A DNA stretch of 64,000 bases from Acidobacteriota bacterium (GCA_023265315.1 JAHFUA010000004.1:2487-66486), one strand, 5' to 3'; positions 26,943 through 36,755 are shown, numbered from the stretch's first letter. Numbers and translations: made by a program. The notes: generated by a model not told the origin, from the sequence alone.

Positions 26943-27770
26943 CTACTCCGCAAACGCCAGTTCTTTTGCGCGCTGCGTGGCTTTGACCACCGCCTTGATC
27001 AGCGTCACCCGCAGCTTGCCCTCTTCCAGCTCCAGGATGCCATCGATGGTGCAGCCGGCGGGGGTGGTGACGGCGTCTTTGAGCAGCGCGGGATGGTGTC
27101 CGGTCTCGAGCACCACTTTGGCCGCGCCCAGCGCGGTCTGCGCCGCCAGCAGCGTGGCGGTCTCGCGCGGTAGTCCCACCTTAACTCCGGCCTCGGCCAG
27201 CGATTCCAGGATGATGTAGAGGAACGCCGGCCCGCTGGCGGAGAGGCCGGTGACGGCGTCCATGTGCTTCTCGTCCACCACCACAGTCTTGCCCACGCTC
27301 TGGAACAGCGCGCAGGCGGTCTCGATGTGCTTGGGGCCGGCATAGCGGCCCTTGGCCAGCGCGGTCATGCCTTCGCCCACCATGCTGGGGGTGTTGGGCA
27401 TGGCGCGCACCACCGGGACATCCGCATCGAAGGCCTTCTCGATGCTGCTGGTGGGGACGGAGGCGGCCACCGAGATGATCAGTTTGTGAGGATTGACCAC
27501 CGGCCGGATCTGCGCCGCGACCTCGGCTACCACCGGCGGCTTCACCGCGATGAGGATGACGTCGGCTTGGCGTGCGGCGGCCACGTTGTCGGTGGTGACG
27601 GCGAGCTTCCACTCGCGACTGAGGGTGCGGGCGCGCTCGGCGTGCTGCACCGTCGCCGCCACCCGCTCGCGCGAGATCAGGTGATGATTGATGAAGCCTT
27701 GCAGCAGGATGCCACCGATCTTGCCTGCTCCCAACACCGCCACCTGCATTTTGGAAAGAGTCTGCGCCAT
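26943..27770 (-). CDS. proC: pyrroline-5-carboxylate reductase
   Basis: NADP motif VAVLGAGKIGG and a conserved P5CR C-terminal dimerisation domain. ATG 27770 follows GGGAGG. Confidence 0.9.
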   Translation of the reverse strand: MAQTLSKMQVAVLGAGKIGGILLQGFINHHLISRERVAATVQHAERARTLSREWKLAVTTDNVAAARQADVILIAVKPPVVAEVAAQIRPVVNPHKLIISVAASVPTSSIEKAFDADVPVVRAMPNTPSMVGEGMTALAKGRYAGPKHIETACALFQSVGKTVVVDEKHMDAVTGLSASGPAFLYIILESLAEAGVKVGLPRETATLLAAQTALGAAKVVLETGHHPALLKDAVTTPAGCTIDGILELEEGKLRVTLIKAVVKATQRAKELAFAE

Positions 27771-28077
27771 CTGGCCTCCCATTTCCGATTCCTGCACGCC
27801 GGTAAGGAGCGTGATTACTTGTGGGCACGATAGAGAATGCGGCCGGGTTTTTCCAGCCTAATCGCCAAGCACCCCCAAGCCCAGGCAGCCGGCGGCGCCA
27901 AGGGACAACAACCTTTGCTCCTGGTTGTGAAATGCGTTGCACATGGAGAGCTTCGCCTCAGGCGCTAAGTTGCTTTGGCTCAGTGGATTAGAAATGGGAC
28001 AAATTGGCCCAGTAGCTGCTCAATCGAGAGTGTCAGGCAAGCAGCCTGAGCTGGAGCACCTCTCCCGGGTGGGTCCC

Positions 28078-28488
28078 ATGACACAGAGCGTAACGCGGTG
28101 GATGGCTTCAGACACAATCGATGACGGCCGCACCGAGTACGGGCCGTTCGGCAGTTCCCTGGAAGCTGAGATCGTCGCTCGCCGGGCGGGCTTCCCTTTC
28201 CTGCTTAAGTACGACGTGCAGCTTGGGGAGCATGACGAGGTGCAGGATGCGCGCCTGGTGATCATCGAACTGCCGGGCGTGGCGCGGCGCACCGACCTGC
28301 TCTACACCCGTTGTGCCACCTGCGGGGAATCGGCCAGCCACTCCAAGGTCCGCCAGGCGGAGCTGTGGTCCGACATCCACGAGTTCGAGCATCTGCGGCA
28401 CCGCGTGCGCTTCTTCGTGCGCACCGAGCGCGAAGGATTGGTGGAGATCGCCACCTGGCGGAGCGCGCTGCCCTCGCCCAAGGAGTAG
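28078..28488 (+). CDS. hypothetical protein (CxxC plus His-rich segment)
   Basis: 136 aa with no family recognised. Contains CATCGESASH...HEFEHLRH. Start uncertain. The stop is 4 nt before the next ATG. Confidence 0.45.
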   Translation: MTQSVTRWMASDTIDDGRTEYGPFGSSLEAEIVARRAGFPFLLKYDVQLGEHDEVQDARLVIIELPGVARRTDLLYTRCATCGESASHSKVRQAELWSDIHEFEHLRHRVRFFVRTEREGLVEIATWRSALPSPKE

Positions 28489-28492
28489 GGCC

Positions 28493-28756
28493 ATGCGGAG
28501 GCGACTCGCACTGCTGCTGGTGTTGCTCAGCGCCACGGCGTGTGCGAAGAGCATTGTTCCGCCGCAGCCTCCCAGGCAACGGTTACGCGTGGTCAACCCG
28601 GAACCGTTGAAGCGCGGGCGCTGGCACATGGCCGAGGATGGACATGCCGTCTTCTGCTATGGGCCGGTGGTAACCATCAACGCCCTGTTCGGCGATCCCA
28701 AACGCGTGGCCACCGAGTGCCGCGGCCGCTCGTCCAACGTGCCGCTGCACGACTAA
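28493..28756 (+). CDS. small lipoprotein, function unknown
   Basis: 87 aa with signal and lipobox (LLSATAC). Tightly coupled to the upstream ORF. Confidence 0.5.
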   Translation: MRRRLALLLVLLSATACAKSIVPPQPPRQRLRVVNPEPLKRGRWHMAEDGHAVFCYGPVVTINALFGDPKRVATECRGRSSNVPLHD

Positions 28757-28953
28757 TCGCCTCCGAAATCGCCAGCTCCCGGGTCCCCGATTTTGGGACA
28801 AAAAAGTTACAATCCCGGCCAACCACCCCACTCTACAATCGCGTCTGATAGCTGTTGACAACTCCGGCCAAGCGGCGGAGACTTGCGCTATTACTGCTGG
28901 CTTCTCCGAGCCTCCAGCTTTGCCCTGAAACTTCGTTCCCAGGAGGCAGGGTC

Positions 28954-30174
28954 ATGAGCATTTATCGCACGCTCAGGTTATTGGCCATCGTGGTCCTGAC
29001 GACCGGGCTGCCTTCCGCCGCCATGGGACAGTCCGGGGGAACGGGTTCATCCAAGTCTACCGGGAACAAAGGTTCCTCGATCCCTCAGCCGCCCATCCAG
29101 GCGCCCGACCGGCTGATCCGCCCCATCATGCTGACGGGAAATGTGATCACCGAGGACGGCTCGCCCCTGCCGGAACCGGTGTCCATCGAACGCGTGTGCA
29201 ACGGCAGCGTCACGCGGGAGGGCCGGACCGACTTCCAAGGCTATTTCACGATTAGTATCGGACAGGGTTTTCCGGGCCTCGGCAACTCCGAGGGCACAGC
29301 CGAAACCAGCGGTATGAGCGGCTCGCAGGCGTTTGGCTCGCTCCCGGGAAGAATGCCGCAGAACCCGCTAACGTTGCAGAGCGCGCTGATGGGTTGCGAA
29401 CTGCGAGGCTCCCTGGCAGGATTCCGTTCCAGCCTGCTTCGTATCCCACTGGGCGAAGCGGGCGGCGTCGGGCCTGTGAAGGTCGGTACCATCGTGCTGG
29501 AGAGAATGGACAAGGCGCAGGGCGCCACCGTGAGCGCCACCAGCCTGAACGCTCCCAAGGATGCCCGGAAGGCATACGACAAAGGCCATCACGCGGTCCA
29601 GAACAACAAGCTGCCGGCAGCGCAGCAGGAACTGGAGAAGGCAGTGCAACTCTATCCGCAGTATGCCGCCGCCTGGGCGGACCTGGGATGGGTGTATGCG
29701 CAGCAGAACCAGCTCGACAAGGCGCGCAACGCCTTCACCCGGGCGCGGGCTGCAGATGGCATGTTCGTGCCGGCGTACGTGGGGCTGTCGTCGCTAGCGC
29801 TGCGCGAGTCCCAGTGGGCGGAAGCGGCGGACTTCAGCGCCCGCGCCACGCAGTTGGATGGCGTAGATTTCCCCGCGGCTTTCTACTACAACTCCCTGGC
29901 CAATTACCGCCTGGGCAACATGGAGCAGGCGGAGAAGAGCGCGCGCAAAGCCGAGACGCTGGGCGTGCAGCGCGCCTTCCCGCAGGTGAACCTGCTGCTG
30001 GGAGTGATGCTGGCGAACCGGCAGGATTACGCCAATGCGGCCGAGCAGTTGCGCTCCTATCTGAAGGCGGCGCCCACCGCCCCCAACGCCGACAAAGTCC
30101 GGGAACAGCTCGCGGAGGTGGAGAAGTTGGGCGCGGCGGAGTCCAAAGCCGAGGCCGCGCCCGCAGCCAAGTGA
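28954..30174 (+). CDS. secreted carboxypeptidase-regulatory-like domain plus TPR repeat protein
   Basis: ATG 28954 follows AGGAGG. Signal peptide, a CarboxypepD_reg-like beta segment, then TPR helices (AWADLGWVYAQQNQLDKA...). Confidence 0.65.
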   Translation: MSIYRTLRLLAIVVLTTGLPSAAMGQSGGTGSSKSTGNKGSSIPQPPIQAPDRLIRPIMLTGNVITEDGSPLPEPVSIERVCNGSVTREGRTDFQGYFTISIGQGFPGLGNSEGTAETSGMSGSQAFGSLPGRMPQNPLTLQSALMGCELRGSLAGFRSSLLRIPLGEAGGVGPVKVGTIVLERMDKAQGATVSATSLNAPKDARKAYDKGHHAVQNNKLPAAQQELEKAVQLYPQYAAAWADLGWVYAQQNQLDKARNAFTRARAADGMFVPAYVGLSSLALRESQWAEAADFSARATQLDGVDFPAAFYYNSLANYRLGNMEQAEKSARKAETLGVQRAFPQVNLLLGVMLANRQDYANAAEQLRSYLKAAPTAPNADKVREQLAEVEKLGAAESKAEAAPAAK

Positions 30175-30234
30175 TCCAGAGCAGGCCTCCAAGCGCGCTA
30201 AGTCTGCCGCCGCGATCCCAGGCGGCTTCATGGA

Positions 30235-31071
30235 TTGCTTCAACCCGGCGTCCTCGGCGGTGAATCCTTTGCCGACCGTGATAGATTTGCCAGTTTGCAC
30301 CTCAAGCAGGCCATCATTCTGTTCTTCGCCGGCGTGATCGCGGGCACGCTCAATGCGGTAGCGGGCGGGGGCAGCTTCGTCTCCTTCCCACTCATGCTGT
30401 TCACCGGGGTGCCGCCGGTCGAAGCCAACGCCAGCAATACCGTCGCCCTGTGGCCGGGGCTGGCCTCGAGCGTGGCCTCCTACTGGCGCCACCTAAAAGT
30501 GCCGCAGCGCTTGCTGCTCCCGCTAGTCGCCACCAGCATGCTGGGAGGACTCGCCGGCGCGCTGCTGCTGGTGAAGACGCCGCAGCGCACCTTCCTCCAT
30601 CTCATCCCCTGGTTGCTGCTGGGAGCGACCCTGCTTTTCATATTCGGTAATCGCCTGCGCGCCCTGGCGGGAAAAACCGAGGGCGTCAGCGCGGTGGAGG
30701 ACACCTCCTGGCAGGCGATCGCCCTGGCCTGCCTGCTGCAACTGGCGGTGGGAACTTACGGCGGATACTTCGGCGCCGGCATCGGCTTCGTGATGCTGGG
30801 CATGATGACGCTGGTGGGCATGCGCGAGATCCACGCCATGAACGCGCTGCGCATCCTGCTGGCGGCGGTGATCAACGCGGTGGCGGTGGTGACCTTTATC
30901 GTGAGCGGCGCGGTCTTCTGGGGGCAGTGCCTGGTGATGATGGCGGGGGCGCTGAGCGGCGGCTGGTTCGGGGCGCAGTACGCGCAAAAGGCCGATCCCA
31001 GGAAGGTGCGCTGGTTCATCATCGCGCTGGGGCTGGGGCTGAGCGCGTATTTCTTCGTCAAGGCCCGCTAG
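30235..31071 (+). CDS. TauE/SafE family sulfite/anion exporter
   Basis: Multi-TM protein with motif GTLNAVAGGGSF. Start uncertain (TTG 30235 or TTG 30295). Confidence 0.75.
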   Translation: MLQPGVLGGESFADRDRFASLHLKQAIILFFAGVIAGTLNAVAGGGSFVSFPLMLFTGVPPVEANASNTVALWPGLASSVASYWRHLKVPQRLLLPLVATSMLGGLAGALLLVKTPQRTFLHLIPWLLLGATLLFIFGNRLRALAGKTEGVSAVEDTSWQAIALACLLQLAVGTYGGYFGAGIGFVMLGMMTLVGMREIHAMNALRILLAAVINAVAVVTFIVSGAVFWGQCLVMMAGALSGGWFGAQYAQKADPRKVRWFIIALGLGLSAYFFVKAR

Positions 31072-31079
31072 TCGGAATC

Positions 31080-31706
31080 TCAGGGCCCGGTCTGGCGTCC
31101 GAACCTGTAGGTTAGGGTGAGGCTGGCATAAGACGGTATGCGAACGCCGACAATTTCCGCCACCTCAGACGAAAACAAATTCTCCGTGGTCTGGCCGGTG
31201 TAACCCCCCGCGATAAGGAAATTCACGCCGGCAGTCATGCGGCTCTTGGGCGCCCCGGGACGACCAGGGTTGGCATCGAGCAGGTCCTGACGGACAAACA
31301 CCCGCTCCGCAGGATCAGGCGTGAGCACGTCCGTCTCGTTAACGTCCGCTGTGACGGTGATGTTCTCGATCCGGGATGCGACTTGGCCCAGGCTGATTTG
31401 GATCTCGGAATTGCGGCTCGCACGAACCGTGACCGGATGGGTGACCGGGCGAAATCCGGGAGTGTCAACTCGAACGACGAACCGCCCGGCTGAATCCACT
31501 TTCAGCCGGAACCCTCCATCGGGCCCGGACGTGGCTTGGGCTACAACCTGGTCGCGACGCTGAAGCTGGACCGAGGCTTCTGGCAAAGCATTCCCTTGGG
31601 GGTCGGAGACGCGCCCCTTTAACACAATCTCCTGGGCAACCAGGGGAAGAGACGCCAGAAGAAGCACAGAGACGAACAGAATTAGGAACCGGCGAGAGAG
31701 TCCCAC
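31080..31706 (-). CDS. CarboxypepD_reg-type outer-membrane protein, apparently internally deleted (intact ORF of 208 aa)
   Basis: Signal peptide plus CarboxypepD_reg domain plus ITVTA...LLDANPGRPGAP. It then jumps to a terminal beta-strand ending YRF...; relatives I recall are several-fold longer. Confidence 0.5.
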   Translation of the reverse strand: MGLSRRFLILFVSVLLLASLPLVAQEIVLKGRVSDPQGNALPEASVQLQRRDQVVAQATSGPDGGFRLKVDSAGRFVVRVDTPGFRPVTHPVTVRASRNSEIQISLGQVASRIENITVTADVNETDVLTPDPAERVFVRQDLLDANPGRPGAPKSRMTAGVNFLIAGGYTGQTTENLFSSEVAEIVGVRIPSYASLTLTYRFGRQTGP

Positions 31707-31777
31707 AAAAAGTGTCCAATGAGCTGGGCGATACTATCACTTTCTCGCGACTCAACCCTCCTTAGCCACGGGCGTCA

Positions 31778-33118
31778 TCACGCCGCTCTTTCCGGCTGCT
31801 CCATCTGCCTCTCCGGCAACTCAACCCGGGGTGGGAACTTCCGCCCCACCCACTTGGCCAGCAGGCGAGCGGCGCCAAAGGCCAGCAACAGCGCTGCCGC
31901 CCATCGCGCCAGAGTCACCAGGCCGGCGGCGTCCAGGCGCGGCCATTCCGCCTGCCGCAACACTTGCCAGCGCTCCGTCATCCAGTGCCAGCCGGTGTGG
32001 GCGACGATGGCCGACAAGATGATCACGCCCATCCGCTCCGGAACCAGGCGCCGGAACAGGGCAAGGGCGGGAAGAGCCAAAGCCAGCACGAAGAGTTGGC
32101 CGATCTCGATGCCCACGTTAAACGAGAACAGCGACACCAGCAGGTGCGAGCCGGCAAACTGCAATGACTGACCCAAGGCGTAGGAGAAGCCGAAGCCGTG
32201 CACCAGTCCGAACACGCCGGTGATCAGCCAGCGGCGGCGCAGGTCCGGGCCCACGATGTTCTCCAGCGCCATATACACGATGGAGGCGGCGATGGCCGTC
32301 TCCACGAACGGCGGGAACCAGGGTCCAATCGGGGCGAGATGGTAGGCCGAACCGATCAGGGTGATCGAATGCGCGATAGTGAAGGCAGTGATCACGGGGA
32401 TGAGTCCGCGCAGGCGCCGGAACGGAATGATCAGGCAGAACAAAAACAGCAGATGGTCGATGCCGCTCAAGATGTGCTCGATGCCCAGCACCACGAACCC
32501 GCCGGCGGCGTGGTACCACGCCGGGTTCAGGGCCACTGGCCCCGACGCGCCGGTGATCATCATCGCCCGGCTTTTCTCGCCCAGCGGCAGGTAGCGGACC
32601 GTCAGCTTGACATGCTCCCTCAGGTCCGCCGCTACCAGCGTCTGGATCTTGAATACAGACTTCGCCGACGAAATGGGATAGATGAAATGAGCATCAAGGG
32701 AACCTAGCCTATAGGCGATGCCCATGGTCAAGTCCTGGGGCCGGGCAATATGCGCGACCGCGGCATCGTAGTCTTCAAAGGAGCGGTTCGAGGGCGGCGA
32801 TAAGCGGCCGCTGGACTCTGACGGCGTAAGCCGCACACCGTTTTCCAGGATGACGAGGCCCTCCGCCAAGTCACGCAGCGCCTCCTGCGTTGCGGGCCCT
32901 GACGCGGCCAGATCGTATTGGTCGCCTCTGAGCGGGAACGACACCCCGCGCAGCAAGTCCAGGGGCACGCGAACCACCAGGTGGGCCTGGTGCGGCTCGA
33001 TCTTCACGAAGGCGTTCATGATGGTGTTCGTGGGCAGGTCATGAGCCGCCACCAGCGAGGAGGTGAGCGCCAGCGCGAGAGACAACGTGGCCGTGAATCT
33101 GAACCGAGTCCGGAGCAT
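31778..33118 (-). CDS. HupE/UreJ family membrane protein with about 190-aa N-terminal periplasmic extension
   Basis: Signal peptide and the GIEHILSGIDHLLFLF signature, with about 6 C-terminal TM. Confidence 0.75.
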   Translation of the reverse strand: MLRTRFRFTATLSLALALTSSLVAAHDLPTNTIMNAFVKIEPHQAHLVVRVPLDLLRGVSFPLRGDQYDLAASGPATQEALRDLAEGLVILENGVRLTPSESSGRLSPPSNRSFEDYDAAVAHIARPQDLTMGIAYRLGSLDAHFIYPISSAKSVFKIQTLVAADLREHVKLTVRYLPLGEKSRAMMITGASGPVALNPAWYHAAGGFVVLGIEHILSGIDHLLFLFCLIIPFRRLRGLIPVITAFTIAHSITLIGSAYHLAPIGPWFPPFVETAIAASIVYMALENIVGPDLRRRWLITGVFGLVHGFGFSYALGQSLQFAGSHLLVSLFSFNVGIEIGQLFVLALALPALALFRRLVPERMGVIILSAIVAHTGWHWMTERWQVLRQAEWPRLDAAGLVTLARWAAALLLAFGAARLLAKWVGRKFPPRVELPERQMEQPERAA

Positions 33119-33197
33119 GATGAAACCCCTTGGCCGTCAGCCGCGGCGGCCAGGAGGGCTTACGCTCCCGGCCGCCGCTGCAACGGGCTGAATGTGG

Positions 33198-34625
33198 TTA
33201 GTGGTGGTCGCGGTCGTCGTCATCCACTCTTACGAATTTCTGGATGCGCCGACCGGTAATGGTTTCCGAAATGTACACGTCGCCCTTGGAATCTACGTTG
33301 GTCATGTGCCCGTAGGCAAATTCAGCAGCATTGTGCCCGGGACACGGGGCGAATCCGCACCGCCCGAAGGCGAAAAGCGCCTCGCCGGTTCCCTTGTCCA
33401 ACAGGTAGGTGTTGTCGCTCTGGAGATCGACGTTCACGATGTACTTCTGGTGCGTCGGACTGTTGCCAGCCAGATAGTCAACGTTGGGGTAGAAATCCAT
33501 GTCGCAAGCCCGGTTGGCAGCGTACAGAATGGCTGCCGCTTTGGCCGGAGTTGCGCTGGGGAAATTGTTGATGCGAATGGTCCTTACGAATGTGCCCGTC
33601 TTGGTGAAGACCTCGATGCGGCTGTTGGGGCGATCACAGGCGTACACGAGGCCGTCATTGCCCAGTACGACGCAGTGGGGATGGCCGCCCCCGCTAGTCC
33701 CGAAAGTCCCGTCGGGACAAGGATTGCTGACGGTGGGGGTACCGTTGGGAGTCTCGTTGTGTCCGCAATTGGAGCCGAATTGGCGGTTATAGGTGTAGTT
33801 GACCCCGTCGGTGGTGGTGAAGACGACGACGCGGTGGTTGCCGTAGCCGTCGGCGATGTACAAGCTGCCGTGAGTACCGGTCACCGGATCCGCCTGGGGA
33901 TCCACTGCCATATCCGGCGGCTCGTTCAGCTTGGTGGTGCTGGTGTTCGTGGCGCCGGCCTCACCGCAAATGCCGGTTGTGGTGTCGCAGTTATCTTTCA
34001 CCCCGATCTGCGTTATGAAGGTTGCGCTTACGCCCGCGGCGGCGGCCGCAGCGGGATTATATTTTTGAACTACACCGTCCCCGTTACCGCCGAGCCAGAC
34101 GTACCCCTGGTAATCCACATAGCATCCGTGCGGGCCATGCGGCATGTACGCGGCGCGCCCAGGGGCCCCAGTGACACTATATGCGCCGTGAGACCCGCTG
34201 TTCTCGGCCCAGAGTGAGGGATTGCCCCAGCCGGCAATCGTTCTTCCCTCCCGGTTGAACGCGACCACCGGAGGAGAAGGTATCGCTTTCGCCGGGGTAG
34301 CATCGTTCGAGACGATGGCCCCCGATCCATTGTTCTGAAGGACGCCGCCTACGGTCACACCTACTTGCCAGCCACGATTCAAGGTGTAAACGTTGTCGTA
34401 TTGGTCGGTACAGCTTCCCGCCACCTCACCCATTACCCATCTGTGGGCGACGCCATCGGCGCCGACAGGAGCAGGCAGCGGCTTGGGCCAGTTAGGATCG
34501 ACCCTGAACTTGGGTGTGCGATTCCGATCATGGTCCGCTTTCACGTGCATGGGGTTCCAGAGCCCGAGGCCCACGACGAGCGCGACCAAGACCGCGCCCG
34601 CGTATAAACATCGTCCGCTTTTCAT
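33198..34625 (-). CDS. secreted NHL-repeat beta-propeller protein (peptidyl-hydroxyglycine lyase-like)
   Basis: N-terminal TM/signal. Repeated NHL-like motifs YIADGYGNHRVVVF, VYACDRPNSRIEVF, VYISETITGRRIQKF. Confidence 0.65.
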   Translation of the reverse strand: MKSGRCLYAGAVLVALVVGLGLWNPMHVKADHDRNRTPKFRVDPNWPKPLPAPVGADGVAHRWVMGEVAGSCTDQYDNVYTLNRGWQVGVTVGGVLQNNGSGAIVSNDATPAKAIPSPPVVAFNREGRTIAGWGNPSLWAENSGSHGAYSVTGAPGRAAYMPHGPHGCYVDYQGYVWLGGNGDGVVQKYNPAAAAAAGVSATFITQIGVKDNCDTTTGICGEAGATNTSTTKLNEPPDMAVDPQADPVTGTHGSLYIADGYGNHRVVVFTTTDGVNYTYNRQFGSNCGHNETPNGTPTVSNPCPDGTFGTSGGGHPHCVVLGNDGLVYACDRPNSRIEVFTKTGTFVRTIRINNFPSATPAKAAAILYAANRACDMDFYPNVDYLAGNSPTHQKYIVNVDLQSDNTYLLDKGTGEALFAFGRCGFAPCPGHNAAEFAYGHMTNVDSKGDVYISETITGRRIQKFVRVDDDDRDHH

Positions 34626-34775
34626 GATGCTCTCCTTTCAACTCTACAGTTCTCGCTGGAGCAAGGAGCGAAAACGGATGGGGATGCGTTCCTGTTAATG
34701 AGTGTGCTGTCCGGAGGCGCGGCAGAACACACAACACCACGCTTCCGAAGCACCAGAGCTCTGAATCGGGGGAGT

Positions 34776-34813
34776 TTCCTAGGTTCCTAGGGTGAAATGC
34801 AAAGGGTGAAATG
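34776..34813. repeat. two adjacent tandem duplications: TTCCTAGG x2 and AGGGTGAAATG x2 (14-nt spacing)
   Basis: Read directly in the divergent NHL/ggt intergenic region. Confidence 0.7.
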
Positions 34814-35088
34814 AAAGAGGGGGTAATGCGACCAGTCGAATCCTCCAGGGCGGCTGGGCAGTCCCCGGGACCCGCGGGAAGGCTACGCTCAGCTACTCAC
34901 GCTGTCAATGCGTGACAATGTCTCCAGCGTGTAAAGTTTTGTAATCGGCGAAAACCCGCTGCCGCCGCTTCCAGCGTCCCATCAGGGTTTTGCGGAGCGA
35001 CTTCGCTCACGGCAGGCTCTCGCCTGTCCGGGCGCGACACCGTTGCGCCTGAGCTTGGCGCTACAATGTATCTCCCACAGGGTCCAGC

Positions 35089-36750
35089 ATGTCCGCCTAC
35101 GCACGCTCGCACGCTCGCTCCATGGTCATCACCCGCTACGGCATCGTGGCCAGCGCTCACGTGCTGGCCTCGCAGGCCGGCGCCGAGGTGCTGGCGCGCG
35201 GCGGCGCCGCCGCCGACGCCGCCATCGCCGCCAACGCCCTGCTGGGCGTCACCGAGCCCATGATGAACGGCATGGGGGGCGACCTGTTCGTCCTCTACTG
35301 GCAGGCGAAGAAGCGCAAGCTCTACGGACTGAACGCCAGCGGATGGGCGCCCGCGGCGCTCACCATCCCGCACCTCAGGCGCAAGAGATACGCCGTCATG
35401 CCCCCCGACGGCATCGATTCCGTCACCGTGCCCGGGGTGGTGGACGGCTGGAGCAAGCTGCACCACCGTTTCGGCCAGCGTCGCTGGAAAGAAATCTTCC
35501 AGCCGGCCATCTTCTACGCCGACCACGGCTATCCAGTGCCGGAGGTGATCCAGGGTTATTGGCAAGTCGGTCCCGAGGCCCTGGCGCACGACAAGGAGAG
35601 CCGCCGCATCTATCTTCCTGACGGCAAGGTTCCCGCCGTGGGCGCGATCTTCCGCAATCCCGACCTGGCGCGGAGCCTGCGCATGGTCGCCGACGACGGC
35701 GCCAAGGCCTTCTATCGCGGCAAGATCGCGCGCGCCATCGTCAGCACCTCCGAAGCGCACGGCGGCACCATGGCGGCCGCCGACCTCGCTGAGTTCTCCG
35801 CCGAGTGGGCCGACCCGATCTCGACCACCTATCGCGGCTGGACCATCTACGAGCTGCCGCCCAACGGACAAGGCATGGCCGCGCTCGAAATGCTCAACAT
35901 CATGGAAACCATGCCGGCATCGCCCGACGGGCCGCTCAGCGTCTGCGAGCTGCACAAGAAGATTGAGGCCATGAAGCTGGCCTACGCCGATCTCGAGCGC
36001 TACAACGCCGATCCCCGCTTCGCCAAAGTGCCGGTGAAGGGCCTGGTGTCGAAGAAGTATGCCAAGCAGCGGGCAAAGCTCATCGCCCGCGACCACGCCG
36101 GCGCCTTCGCATTCGGCGTACCAGCCGGGGTCCCCAGCAAACCCGGTTCTGGTTTGCTGGGGTGGCTGGGGAGCGACACGACATATCTGGCCGTGGTGGA
36201 TCGCGAGGGCAACATCGCCTCTCTGATCCAGAGCAACTACATCGGTTTCGGATCGGGCGTGACCGTCCGCAGCATGGGATTCCTGCTGCAAAGCCGCGGG
36301 GCGCTGTTCTCGCTCGACCCCTCGCACCCCAACGCGCTGGCGCCGCGCAAACGGCCCTTCCACACCATCATCCCGGCGTTCATGGAGCGCGGCGATCAGC
36401 ACATCGGCTTCGGCATTATGGGCGGCGCCAACCAGCCGCTGGCGCACGCCCAGTTCGTCTCCAACGTGGCCGATTACGGCATGAACGTCCAGGCGGCGTT
36501 GGAGCACGCGCGCTTCACCGTCGGCGAAAGGGTGGGGCGCAGCATCCTGCTGGAAGCTCGCGTGAGGCTGGAAGTGGCGCAGCGGCTCGCGGCCATGGGA
36601 CACCGGCTGGAATGCGTGGGAGAGTATTCCACCGCCATGGGGCGCGGCCAGGCGGTGCTACACGACTCTAAGGCGAAGTTGAACTATGGGGCGTCGGACG
36701 CGCGCGCGGACGGCGTGGCCGCGCCTGAGCCTCCGCCGGTGAAGTGGTAG
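35089..36750 (+). CDS. ggt: gamma-glutamyltransferase
   Basis: 553 aa with N-terminal LARGGAAADAAIAA...MNGMGGD and the autoprocessing Thr context GSDTTYLAVVD. Confidence 0.9.
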   Translation: MSAYARSHARSMVITRYGIVASAHVLASQAGAEVLARGGAAADAAIAANALLGVTEPMMNGMGGDLFVLYWQAKKRKLYGLNASGWAPAALTIPHLRRKRYAVMPPDGIDSVTVPGVVDGWSKLHHRFGQRRWKEIFQPAIFYADHGYPVPEVIQGYWQVGPEALAHDKESRRIYLPDGKVPAVGAIFRNPDLARSLRMVADDGAKAFYRGKIARAIVSTSEAHGGTMAAADLAEFSAEWADPISTTYRGWTIYELPPNGQGMAALEMLNIMETMPASPDGPLSVCELHKKIEAMKLAYADLERYNADPRFAKVPVKGLVSKKYAKQRAKLIARDHAGAFAFGVPAGVPSKPGSGLLGWLGSDTTYLAVVDREGNIASLIQSNYIGFGSGVTVRSMGFLLQSRGALFSLDPSHPNALAPRKRPFHTIIPAFMERGDQHIGFGIMGGANQPLAHAQFVSNVADYGMNVQAALEHARFTVGERVGRSILLEARVRLEVAQRLAAMGHRLECVGEYSTAMGRGQAVLHDSKAKLNYGASDARADGVAAPEPPPVKW

Positions 36751-36755
36751 CAAAT

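Noticed and set aside
34825-34865. tRNA-like T-loop sequence GTCGAATCC
   Set aside because: The flanking bases do not form a T-stem or an acceptor stem, and there is no cloverleaf.
34897-36603. 568-aa ORF on the minus strand opposite ggt
   Set aside because: It lies antisense to a gene with clear gamma-glutamyltransferase motifs. Its translation is Arg/Gly/Ala/His-rich with no recognisable motif. Long antisense ORFs are expected in high-GC DNA because stop codons are rare.
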